DNA of 64,000 nucleotides from Omnitrophica bacterium GWA2_41_15 (GTDB lineage: Bacteria; Omnitrophota; Gorgyraeia; Gygaellales; UBA12090), in the NCBI GenBank assembly GCA_919902675.1, contig CAKKRH010000020.1, forward strand, positions 5,110 through 69,109, read 5' to 3'. Below, one piece after another: positions 12,001 to 17,186 of this stretch. The translations under genes were made by a program, and so were the position numbers. The stretch's first letter is position 1; the number at the start of each line of letters is the position of its first letter. The notes beneath the pieces are model-generated. The model did no database searches. It had not been told where the DNA came from and saw only the letters and a program-made list of their open reading frames with translations.

Positions 12001-14612
12001 TTAAGGCCGGGGAAACGCTTGACGGGCTTCTCCCCGAGGCCTTTGCGGTAGTGAGAGAGGCCTTCTTCAGGGTCTCCGGAAAGCGGCTTTATAATGTTCA
12101 GATGCTGGGAGGGATAGCCATCCATCAACAAAAGGTCGCGGAAATCAAGACCGGGGAGGGCAAGACCTTTGTGGCTATGCTGCCTGCCTATTTACGCGCT
12201 CTTAGCGGGCAAAAAGTCCATATTATTACCCATAATCCCTATTTGAGCTTTAGGGATTTTAAAATAACCAAGCCGCTTTACCAATTCTTGGGAATAATAG
12301 CTAACGTAAGGGTGGAAAGCAAAAAACGGGAAGTTTTACAGAAAGTCTATGACGCGGAAATCCTTTTCACTACTACGGACACGGGATTTGATTTGATGAG
12401 AGGAACGATATATACGTCTTTATTGGGCGGAGCCTTCGCTATTATTGACGAAGCGGATTATTCCTTGATTGATTTAAACGGCAACGCCCTGGTTCTTGCG
12501 CGCCAGCGCGAAGGCGACAAGGAATTCTTCAAGATTATTAAAAGGCTCTCCGAGATTATGAAAGAGGGATATGATTACGAAATAAAGCCTCTATGCCGGA
12601 TTGAGTTAACAAACATTGGTAAAAAAAGTTGTGAAGAATTCTTAGAAAAATTAAGTTCGGAAGAACTCAAAGAAACGGCAATCTTATTTGTTCACTGGTA
12701 TCTAAGCGCAGGGTTGCGTTATCAAAAGGGTATTCATTATGTAGTTTATGGGAGGCAGGTAATCCCCATTGATGGATTTACAGGACGGCTCAAAATTGAG
12801 CACAGGTTCGCGCTGTATGATCATCAATTTATTGAGTTAAAAGAAGGTATTAAGGCTATGGATGATGAACATGTTAAGACCTTGCCCCTGCCTGTATTCT
12901 TTAACTATTATGGAGAAAAGGCGGGCATGACCGGGACGATTGATTTTCCCATTCCCCGCGAAGAGTTATTCAGGATTTATGGTATCAATGATGTGGTTGC
13001 TATCCCGACAAAATACCCCAGCCAACGCCAAGATTTTGACCCAAGAGTTTTCCTGGCTAAAGAAGGACGGAATGCCTGTTTGCTTGAAAGGGCGCAAGAA
13101 TTGCGCGGGCAAGGTGTGCCTGTTCTTATCGTTACGCCTTCTGTCGTGGAATCAGAAGAGCTGGGGCGTTTGTTTAAAAAGTACCGGGTTCGGTATCGGC
13201 TCTTAAATGCTGAAAATGAATATCAAGAGAGGCGCATAATTTCCAGGGCAGGGCGAAAAGGAGCAATAACGATATCAACGAATATGAGCGGACGAGGAAC
13301 TGATATTAAAATAGACGGGGGATTGTCTGAAAAAACCGGGCTGGCTGTCCTGGCTACTTTTAAAAGCCGGATAAGCCCGCGCCTGGATTACCAATTGATG
13401 GGAAGGGCCGCAAGGCAGGGACAGCAGGGCAGTACGCAGTTCTTTCTTTATTGGAATCCGTCGGAGCATGGTTTAAAAGCAGATAATTTTAAGACCTCCC
13501 AAGATGGAGAAATAAATTTGCGCGATCACCCTGAAGTTTTGGAACTTATTAATAATACGCAGGAATTAGCCGAAAGAGAAATCTCCAGGAACCACCTGGT
13601 CCAATTCTTGCTGGATTATATGTTTTTCCGGCAGGAAGGCTTCGCAAGAAGATTTAGGACTGCGCTTATAGAAAGCTTTTTAAAAGATAGGGAAAACGGA
13701 TTTGATGCCAGAGATTCCCTGGAAAGAAAATTTTATGGTTGGGATCTTGTGGAGTCTTTGGAATCTGCTTGGAAGATATATTTATTACATAGACGTCTGG
13801 ATCTGACTTATTATGATAATCAGATATACACGGCTAAGAACTATGAAAAATTTAAAGAAAAAGATCGTGGAAAATTAAAGGAGCGTTTATTTGAAGAGAA
13901 AGAGCAGGTAAGAATTGTTTTGAGGAATAATGGGAGGCTGAAGCAGAAGTTGATGGAAGAATGGAATGAAATAATTGAAGGATTCGCGGCAATGGAATCC
14001 GTTATTTTAAAAGACATAAAATTACCGGATGAGGCTTCGGATAACATGAGGCCGGTATATCGTTATAAGGGATGTTCCAGCCCGTTAAAACAGCGTAATA
14101 GAGTAGTTTCTTCTCTATCCTTGCCGCCAGAGGAGCTGGCGGAATTGTTGGGTGCGGATGTGAATATTATTGCCGTGGTTCTGGAGCGGATAAACCAGAG
14201 AGTCAGCCGCGAAGGCTTAAATCCCTTCGCGCTGGAGAGCGAATACAGGCTGGGAAACGGCCCATCGTCGCCGATAGAGAATAAAGAAACGTTTTCAGTG
14301 TCTTTTCGGCGCGCTGAAATACGGCCAACAGTAAATAACTTGGGGGCGGCGGTAAACACCGGGACCAGCAATGTTCCGGCGAGTCCGATAGAGATGGAAA
14401 CAGGGATTATCCTTAAGAAAATCATAATTATGGGCCCCACATACAGTTCCCCGCTTCTTATAGACTTTGAATTAAGAAATCTATCTTCGCCTTTTTCGTG
14501 TTTTTTCAGGGCGGGAATCATTATGTCCGCGGAGGTTTCATCTAACATTACCAATAAGGGACCTCCGCCAGCGCGAGTATTAGAATTATTTTTGTTAATA
14601 ATATTGAAATAG
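1..14612 (+). CDS. Giant multidomain protein, 5'-partial: 2x SecA-like ATPase, 2x xylose-isomerase-like TIM barrel, internal TM cluster, large unassigned regions
   Basis: Stop-free frame from the first in-frame codon (pos 3, QRYIIKHDDDRLAV) through the GTG at 42 to TAG at 14610-14612, so the real start is probably upstream of the window. SecA and TIM-barrel motifs were read directly from the translation (see domain sub-features). Confidence 0.9.
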   Translation, partial: QRYIIKHDDDRLAVGWAYLRLGYVYKNSLNDEERDEERSCYIKAYNNFQAEYLDSVNLETRSRMDNGIQAVKRALRIKDDCGAEAVKVTALFSQDVYGLIKFNLEPFLRVMRALITDELIYGIIKSGEFDLAEFSDALWQRKEKGFSDMESRMAYGAGAALFEPWDLFHAVLGYLDRAKGEVLGGIVWIEIMVAPEGVKKGVPIWCRIADKDRPAIEGFVESMDIGEKYFVYVYIGEMGRQVKQQALSNLSAGKGNPRALMKHKGKASSAVNGSAMQKWNDSISANHGGLSIGEAGSPLGEEGVILGLRCQSFADIPILRKLPINMIELNQFPQGERLVIPKGNGFEAVEKHFIELKEFIDEEQLTLQVHFPFRFDGEDREISIGNVEDHERIVGYLRCWELIRRKLSLSEELIFTLHPPSGRRVDLKEKINPDMLLSNANILLMWLGEIIEEEGWDIRIGVENLPGPFISDFWFLGNQIKDFRRMLANTKECIGITIDSGHSLLTRDALNLYTLSRFAKDEGKRIITIHFHENKGLGRAKKRNLMELDLHEFPTRKGLSVFDECLRLAVKGVPLTLEIDISKYTIPALYALIDDLWKELKACDSESSPVGESSSPVGREKKTIAVPIFIVYFASASSSLGGSLKQLRIVYEKLFYSSDSRERQQNFRTIDDVKKSQEEDARLLKLSIATLTEENQKKISKLLPVMRKIDSLEKDLIGLSDDQLKAKTKEFKARFKNGETLNQLLPEAFAAVREVFLRLTGKRIYSVQMLGGIVIHQKKVAEIKTGEGKTFVAMLPAYLRVLSGQKVHVITHNQYLSTRDFKKTEPLYQFLGVAVSLRVDSRKWKILRKIYEAEILFTTIETGFDLMAGIISPSLLKSVFAIIDEADYSLIDLNNNSLVFVRKEGVNRKYFKIIKKISAEMKQGPHYKIESRYQVLLTEAGEKFIAESLGRFNYPWLKGYETETELLIQTYLAVGLRHQKGIHYLIHGRQVVPIDEFTGRLKEMHRFGLYVHQLIELREGVRVSGDEHFLMLPAPVFFDYYKEKGGMTGTIDFPVARRELSKICGIFDVAVLPTRYPSQRMDLPPRVFLDEQKRDVSLVRRIEELRAQGNPVLLITQSVNESETLERLLKERKLPCEILNAENECEENKIIHQAGGQGQITISTNMSGRGTDIVINEQVAEKGGLAVLITFRSGISPRLDYQAMGRAARQGQPGSTQFFLYLDPALVGFKEGDFKMHAQGGIDLEQHPYVLNLIDNQQMLAEEAIFKNHLTQFMLDYSLYLQERFNHTFKNSIMDFCHDYFSKNDRPYNDVYPSEVGESLESAWRGFLYRRQIYLTYFDTQIYTNKTYKEFNDRMSKFLEKSLFEAKHIKKILAKEEEIDQELKKAWKETTEQFVRTEAYILKGIKLPDEPPDKIRLEYRYREVSSSPCFIQVSTQGDLKLNFRGPLKERELVSFSPSLSSQLAVGEFPVKFKALLITCQSVVKKLIKSFHSLNMEGLDIGSKQDRCYPVSDVTLETKEAVDLTNDKAGSPLEGSLAALPSAETNKTKTALGAVLNTMTSNSPVSPARVEKGLLYIKFDYAPRVDCTLVRRFKLSQSSVHFLLPVGRRSLKPAEVASLVTNKGPPRLILKALSLAFNDQSLFLSVLIIPPDFIPAAHWAVFGRMKPLIVLSVYYCLFSRTQIQHKEEENLSLSSLSVRPGSSPLGQSLSTFLRDLKIRFKPLFGAHAHDSKPARSYILATHMQGFEDMDVIGELPVNGIEIKFDEFIGREALYRWSDGFVENKPNMSRLACFLKKNNLKAQAHFPKQLAIETVDGCIKKLSLARSEDHSYFLRYFEFLEAIRKEYELASRLIVTLHPPRRVLDMTVREMLSGFNIFLKVLGERIEKERWNIIVGVENMPNSWNWPAGNSPGHFEIMLKDTAECVELTFDTGHALLTGHALSDYLMLAEKMQKRVVNIHFHSNDGDYDDHLFPDNVRINYFDSIAAMALEGASLNIEVLFSLYKKKELIHLFSVLDKRLCQGANDRQGRLTKTNGSIYSNSGSPLERWTLFPIAPLAGLIFEAGQRSGNYKHFVIGAMVGLFWAGVSFCLKLILRNESNRRQFFAGLIFGMYALLHLQSALTAGNILSRIGGFIIFYILSYKLLFPKPSPAADRPDTGNTAANQNHSGKDNDKPQGNVSSSMVLSKLAMGDDAGIQEQAQIINSIVEDIKHGRLSRESLTKELLLAIEGVIREGLPSQEVAGKFIRILNGEPLIKIKLKDFNSNNYNKIEEKRAFVKIEVLNLGDELGFKRKDETAMPLFTAAILSLEPSTDLCLRIFLTRAFARESSYSPEIITQAITHTLSKFLGHVNLQAVLEESRYNKNGRDRIFSTLGRWIIWYAAESRRYDYLLGLLKPWNKEESHSVRALRTNNSVTEEHIKFLIAQAKELSYKTAREAAIALLACAEPKYLLKMSRIYSLGHDGFHTLDDRMSILSVIKILNGTYENLQAYLVPIGNRPMPNVSIYILPIIFNVLDKKEGRACEDTLFKILEFIYSFERGVSYSIPDFNKEVILGSLRMAAIAKDGKTQDAACKLFHLLNRKLNSSSSAVQVSRLGGLGILPKALNGQLFGVSSSLDEEVDFSDGLGRISFGAQTKPQRMVLIKDGLESILNAMPENIIADLKLNVLAGKAKIEVIYKDKLELSGMLKNNDRICLNIGKDVLPKKSDNFDLLLLWDLLSEGIASLMLRDYSELKQASRTNENAYFKIGLVKALLNYKAYLPFYHKALYRQVWFPNNYWNRKTPNERQELEDRYLKALNENTSEMSGIYQGDIFCNVMGDDEAMFIITEYIHILSKNPLFNEDVIDNIINKISGLDVLKRVSLARIRNVYKEFFFNGIISLPAGGNTFEDRYFLNNFDHTSYVSGLKEILLAARERNVFYPGLRRLISYFLPLGEKDLDEEIEVLFKDDDKFFSPAREEAIKRAIGEIFIRRLGEKALRGVMKFLSGDRSLYSIPYLDILPITLNKDDNADDYGSLGNVSLADTGYNFFPGQENDEAVDWVSRLFLVLPKTGAGNDDYINSGSPLFKERDAYNSGSPVGSVKIKLLQDKYRKAKNLLTNDSFLNSMEIFEGMRNELKRAEKYEKLGLTAITLKCKVENGLREIEENKKMEGLKRQVKREHLKKELNRKWKSPKKEASDVRNARKHLNADVSGPGSSPVISKGWQIIANQEFDGIRKKLAMIRMEEERIHPSNSKIMIKGFRLVTAKRGNFSSNQQELLLSKKINSELVIRVDPGEFVYAELRKGQRAAIYSPDHNQCQSCSFTAQRGNAIIIGHAHLRPYRYRKMMTPVYEQYLWLLDFICNSENKFKNAQIALALDSRMEGIREKITIKDFEKEALKRGIKVFPVHTRQAEKKGQDLFCATLVRRKGVYISLSSDENEGIGYLKIHWLRRVNEEGKADSLGSSPLFRREIEKTAVARHVPNLEHNNFREASSAVANDQVLRELEERAEYILSLGSDMKRLSKKELSKKVDGSICLSSPLGEEENDRCPYFNHLVSSEIEGAGSPIEEELRESLSRVISGINNPSQAGLSASVDSLCELLLDPQLGHPGITRFFDCLSRALDMAAIKTDLSALKNRILKLITNTLAERIKLLPRDSNEYPRCAHILFYLTLPYVKIALKIKNTGFLDKLAGEFYLTFLKCVDNYDEQKGAPCVAYYISALEKNKKRRRFNAPVYVQDSGGDYGAKEYFFETVTEEKSKNEYISQLRQGKEMVIDQEEINILSDELWGKIKEGIRIFLDLGEERVPCFDISLLEDCYKVINEFRTKNRKFDWELIIEKLAKTNIQIARQRDFLKHKVFKGIEYQYDGINNQMTIRFTKDGKDYIQTIDLYDGNHSNNQNGGEYLCGSNVKIGNAGSPLDEKESFPFHRAFSLVRQAFRHSAGYFKPKGGGNEADRSFPSPEDIKAKQGEEWGLLEESIKILTPENQTKIAELLPIIREIDSLEEGLSRISDNELKNKTNEFKSRFKAGETLDGLLPEAFAVVREAFFRVSGKRLYNVQMLGGIAIHQQKVAEIKTGEGKTFVAMLPAYLRALSGQKVHIITHNPYLSFRDFKITKPLYQFLGIIANVRVESKKREVLQKVYDAEILFTTTDTGFDLMRGTIYTSLLGGAFAIIDEADYSLIDLNGNALVLARQREGDKEFFKIIKRLSEIMKEGYDYEIKPLCRIELTNIGKKSCEEFLEKLSSEELKETAILFVHWYLSAGLRYQKGIHYVVYGRQVIPIDGFTGRLKIEHRFALYDHQFIELKEGIKAMDDEHVKTLPLPVFFNYYGEKAGMTGTIDFPIPREELFRIYGINDVVAIPTKYPSQRQDFDPRVFLAKEGRNACLLERAQELRGQGVPVLIVTPSVVESEELGRLFKKYRVRYRLLNAENEYQERRIISRAGRKGAITISTNMSGRGTDIKIDGGLSEKTGLAVLATFKSRISPRLDYQLMGRAARQGQQGSTQFFLYWNPSEHGLKADNFKTSQDGEINLRDHPEVLELINNTQELAEREISRNHLVQFLLDYMFFRQEGFARRFRTALIESFLKDRENGFDARDSLERKFYGWDLVESLESAWKIYLLHRRLDLTYYDNQIYTAKNYEKFKEKDRGKLKERLFEEKEQVRIVLRNNGRLKQKLMEEWNEIIEGFAAMESVILKDIKLPDEASDNMRPVYRYKGCSSPLKQRNRVVSSLSLPPEELAELLGADVNIIAVVLERINQRVSREGLNPFALESEYRLGNGPSSPIENKETFSVSFRRAEIRPTVNNLGAAVNTGTSNVPASPIEMETGIILKKIIIMGPTYSSPLLIDFELRNLSSPFSCFFRAGIIMSAEVSSNITNKGPPPARVLELFLLIILK
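1036..1805 (+). other. Domain: xylose isomerase-like / AP-endonuclease-2-like TIM barrel, copy 1
   Basis: Ordered motifs typical of the PF01261 fold: 'LQVHFPFRF', 'LIFTLHPPSG', 'IRIGVENLPGP', 'ITIDSGHSLL', 'ITIHFHENKG', 'LTLEID'. Boundaries are approximate. Confidence 0.65.
2075..4110 (+). other. Domain: SecA-like motor, copy 1 (NBD1, PPXD-like, NBD2, scaffold/wing-like)
   Basis: 'LLPEAFAAVREVF..RIYSVQMLGG', Walker A-region 'KTGEGKTFVAMLPAYL', 'IIDEADYSLID', 'VPIDEFTGRLKEMHRFGLYVHQLIELREGV', 'GGMTGTIDF', 'TNMSGRGTDI', 'RLDYQAMGRAARQGQPGSTQFFL', 'LESAWRGFLYRRQIYL'. These are colinear with E. coli SecA motifs as I recall them. Boundaries are approximate. Confidence 0.85.
5365..6055 (+). other. 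Domain: xylose isomerase-like TIM barrel, copy 2
   Basis: 'AQAHFPKQL', 'LIVTLHPPRR', 'IIVGVENMPNS', 'LTFDTGHALL', 'VNIHFHSNDGDYDDHLFP', 'LNIEVL'. Colinear with copy 1. Confidence 0.65.
6141..6445 (+). other. Hydrophobic cluster, about 4 predicted TM helices inside the giant protein
   Basis: 'WTLFPIAPLAGLIF', 'FVIGAMVGLFWAGVSFCLKLIL', 'FFAGLIFGMYALLHL', 'IGGFIIFYILSYKLLF'. Judged by eye, no predictor run. Confidence 0.6.
11870..13900 (+). other. Domain: SecA-like motor, copy 2
   Basis: Same motif series as copy 1 ('KTGEGKTFVAMLPAYL', 'IIDEADYSLID', 'GMTGTIDFP', 'TNMSGRGTDI', 'GRAARQGQQGSTQFFL', 'LESAWKIYLLHRRLDL'). 116/155 identical residues to copy 1 in a stretch I aligned by hand. Confidence 0.85.
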
Positions 14613-14613
14613 A

Positions 14614-14622
14614 TGGTATAAT
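14614..14622 (+). promoter_or_regulatory. Possible extended -10 promoter (TGgTATAAT) for the PilZ genes
   Basis: 'tggtataat' about 60 nt upstream of the 14682 start. The only -35-like hexamer (ttgtta, 14592-14597) has a 19-nt spacer. Confidence 0.3.
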
Positions 14623-14681
14623 AAATATTGTATCTTGTTGGGCTTATGTTAGTTGCACTGAAAAAATACTGACTGAAGGGG

Positions 14682-15056
14682 GTGATGAAAATGGAAAGAT
14701 TATTTGAACGCAGGGTATTCGCGAGGATTAACGCGGATTTCAGCGGATGGTACGCGTTAAAAGATGAAGGCGGCCAGATTCAGGGTGAGTTCTGGGGGTT
14801 TGATTTTAGCGGAAGCGGAGTCAGGATCCATTCTGTTAAAGAGATTGCTGAGGATAAAGTCTTAGAGGTGAGTATAGCCTCATCAACCCTAAGTCAGCCG
14901 ATACAGGAAACAGCCCGGGTGGCCTGGCAAAGGAGGATTGAGCCCGGTTTGTGGCAGGCAGGATTAAAGTTTTACCAGCCCAGGCTGATGCATTTCTGGC
15001 CGCTGGTAGAGTTAAAACAACACGAAATAGGGCAGTCAGGCGAAAGCGCGGGTTAA
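14682..15056 (+). CDS. PilZ domain protein (c-di-GMP receptor family)
   Basis: RxxxR 'RVFAR' plus DxSxxG 'DFSGSG'. RBS 'gaaggggg' upstream; ATG at 14685 is an alternative start. Confidence 0.75.
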   Translation: MMKMERLFERRVFARINADFSGWYALKDEGGQIQGEFWGFDFSGSGVRIHSVKEIAEDKVLEVSIASSTLSQPIQETARVAWQRRIEPGLWQAGLKFYQPRLMHFWPLVELKQHEIGQSGESAG

Positions 15057-15122
15057 TGACCAATGCCCAAATAAATGTTTTACGCTTACGCCTTTGAATT
15101 TTAACACAAGAGGGGGTGCCAG

Positions 15123-15509
15123 ATGAGAATTGAAGAAAACAGAAAGTTCGCGCGTTGGAATATCAGTCGTCCGGTACGCTTTAGCCTGGCGGGTAAAGAT
15201 AATGAGGAGGAGAAGATGGCCCTGCTTAAGGATATCAGCTTCGCCGGGGCCCGGATGTCTCTCTTTGAAAGTCTGCGCCTGAATGATAAGCTGGATATGT
15301 TTTTGGAGATTCCGGATGAAGAACACGCCATACACTGCGAAGGAAAAGTAGTTTGGCAAAAGTCGCTTGAGGACATGAATTCGCCGCCATTTGCCTGCGG
15401 CTTGTCTTTTACCAGGATAAAAGACCAGGATAAGGAAAAGATGTTCAAATATATGAGTCAGAACGCCACTGATGAAGTAAAGAAAAAATGGTGGGAGGGG
15501 GTAAAATAA
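15123..15509 (+). CDS. PilZ domain protein (c-di-GMP receptor family)
   Basis: RxxxR 'RKFAR' plus DxSxxG 'DISFAG'. RBS 'agaggggg' upstream. Confidence 0.75.
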   Translation: MRIEENRKFARWNISRPVRFSLAGKDNEEEKMALLKDISFAGARMSLFESLRLNDKLDMFLEIPDEEHAIHCEGKVVWQKSLEDMNSPPFACGLSFTRIKDQDKEKMFKYMSQNATDEVKKKWWEGVK

Positions 15510-15659
15510 GGCAGTTTTCCCGGCTTCGCGGCAAGCTTCTTGCGTAATATGTAATAATTATTAAGTTAAGGCGGAATCTCGCGCGCTACGCTAAATTTAC
15601 CAGGAAAACTTCGGTTCTTTTCAATTATTAAAAACCCGGGAGAGAACTTAAAAATTAAG

Positions 15660-15688
15660 TTGACGAAGCGCCGGAATTATGGTAAATT
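15660..15688 (+). promoter_or_regulatory. Sigma70-like promoter for the sugar ABC operon
   Basis: TTGACG, 17 nt, TAAATT, with TGg immediately upstream of the -10 (extended -10). Confidence 0.45.
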
Positions 15689-15810
15689 TTAATAACATTC
15701 TTTGCTATGTTATGAATAGCGACACAAGGTAATTATTTAGCTGTGTATTAAAATGATTTATAAAGTATAAAATAACAGCTTACTAAAAGAAAGAGGAGCT
15801 TCAGGATATA

Positions 15811-17142
15811 ATGGAAACAACATCTAACATAAGTAAGGGATTAAAAGGTTATTCAGGGTTAGTCTTATTTTTAATTTTCTCTTTTATGTTCTTTGGGTGC
15901 GCTCAGAAAAAAGAAGAATCTTTGACCGGAAAAACAGTTACTATCTGGCACTGGATGACTGACAGGGACCAGACCTTTCAGGAATTAGCCATGAGATATG
16001 AAGAGAAAACCGGAGTCAGAGTTGATTTCGAACTTTACGCCCCTTCGGATGCCTATTCCCAGAAGGTACGGGCCGCGGCCCAGGGTGAGAATCTTCCTGA
16101 TATTTTTGGCCTCCTGGCTGAGAAGCGGGATTTCGCCTCTTTTGTTAAGGCCGGTTATGTCAGCAATCTGACCGTCAATATGAAGGAAAATAACGCTGAA
16201 TGGGAAAAGAAATTCTTTCCCAAGGCCCTGGCAGTGAATGAATTCATAGACGGGAATTCATACAGCGTCCCAGCCGGGATATATGGAGTGCCTGTAGATG
16301 TAATGACCATAACCATGCTGTATAATAAAACCTTGTTTAAGGAATTGGGTTTAGACCCCAAGAAGCCGCCGGTTACCTGGAATGATTTTCTGGCTGTGGG
16401 AGAGAAAATAAAAGAGGCCAAGAAACAGGGCTTAGTCAGCGGCTGGGGTGAGATATGGATGATTGATTGTCTGGCCAGTAACTTCGCTTTTAATATTATG
16501 GGAAAAGATAAATTCTTAGCTACTCTCCGGGGGGAAGTTCCTTATACTGATCCGGACTGGATCAGGGTTTTGACTTTATTCAAGGAAATGCAGGACAGCG
16601 GCTTATTGTATAACGGTTTGGTGAGCATGGTGAACAAGACCGCGGAGCAGATTTTTGCCAACGAGAAGGCGGTTTTTGCTTTTAACGGTTCCTGGGGGGT
16701 TAACGTGTATAACGGGATGAATCCAAAATTGGATTATGGGGTGATGCTTCTTCCCAGGGTTTCGGATAAATTTCCGGTGAGCGTCTGGGGAGGGGCAGGT
16801 TCTTCCTTTATGGTTTATAATAAGTCTAAAAATAAAGATGAGGCAATTAAGTTTCTAAAGTGGCTGACTGAGAAAGAACAGCAGGTTTTCTTAGCCGTCC
16901 AGACCAAAAACCTTCCGGCCAACAAAGAGGCTATAGGTAATATTTCGCCGATAATGGCCCAATTTTCTTTAGGCCTGGAATACGCCACCCATCCTAATAC
17001 CTGGGGATTTTCCGAGTCTTCTCAGGTAACCGAGGCCTTTGATAAAGGGGTGCAGTCAATAATCATCGGGGAAAAGACGCCGGAGCAGGTAGCCGGCGAA
17101 GCGCGGAAAATAAAAGAAAGAGAATTAGCCAGGAAGAGATAA
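15811..17142 (+). CDS. ABC transporter extracellular solute-binding lipoprotein (CUT1/sugar type)
   Basis: Signal peptide with lipobox 'FMFFGC'. Length and overall composition fit family-1 sugar-binding proteins. Followed by MalF/MalG-type permeases. Confidence 0.8.
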   Translation: METTSNISKGLKGYSGLVLFLIFSFMFFGCAQKKEESLTGKTVTIWHWMTDRDQTFQELAMRYEEKTGVRVDFELYAPSDAYSQKVRAAAQGENLPDIFGLLAEKRDFASFVKAGYVSNLTVNMKENNAEWEKKFFPKALAVNEFIDGNSYSVPAGIYGVPVDVMTITMLYNKTLFKELGLDPKKPPVTWNDFLAVGEKIKEAKKQGLVSGWGEIWMIDCLASNFAFNIMGKDKFLATLRGEVPYTDPDWIRVLTLFKEMQDSGLLYNGLVSMVNKTAEQIFANEKAVFAFNGSWGVNVYNGMNPKLDYGVMLLPRVSDKFPVSVWGGAGSSFMVYNKSKNKDEAIKFLKWLTEKEQQVFLAVQTKNLPANKEAIGNISPIMAQFSLGLEYATHPNTWGFSESSQVTEAFDKGVQSIIIGEKTPEQVAGEARKIKERELARKR

Positions 17143-17186
17143 CAGGATAACGAATATTTAAAGAGCCGCCAGTAGCCAGCGAAATA

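Noticed and set aside
414-14554. About 25 antisense or alternative-frame ORFs (60-160 aa) inside the giant gene listed in the ORF track
   Set aside because: All lie within an uninterrupted 14.6-kb frame that carries clear SecA and TIM-barrel motifs. Their translations are low-complexity or Ser/Arg/Leu-rich with no motifs, so they are shadow ORFs.
1-14612. Possibility that the giant ORF is an assembly artefact created by collapsing or joining the two SecA-like repeats
   Set aside because: The two modules are clearly diverged (about 75% aa identity in the best stretch, less elsewhere) and are separated by 7 kb of unique sequence in the same frame. This cannot be excluded without reads, so it is listed as a check under the giant-ORF finding.
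15510-15810. A 300-bp intergenic region scanned for tRNA, small RNA or a LacI/ROK operator
   Set aside because: No cloverleaf-compatible sequence was found. The only feature is a weak ACACA-N17-TGTGT symmetry near 15730-15760, which is not convincing as an operator.
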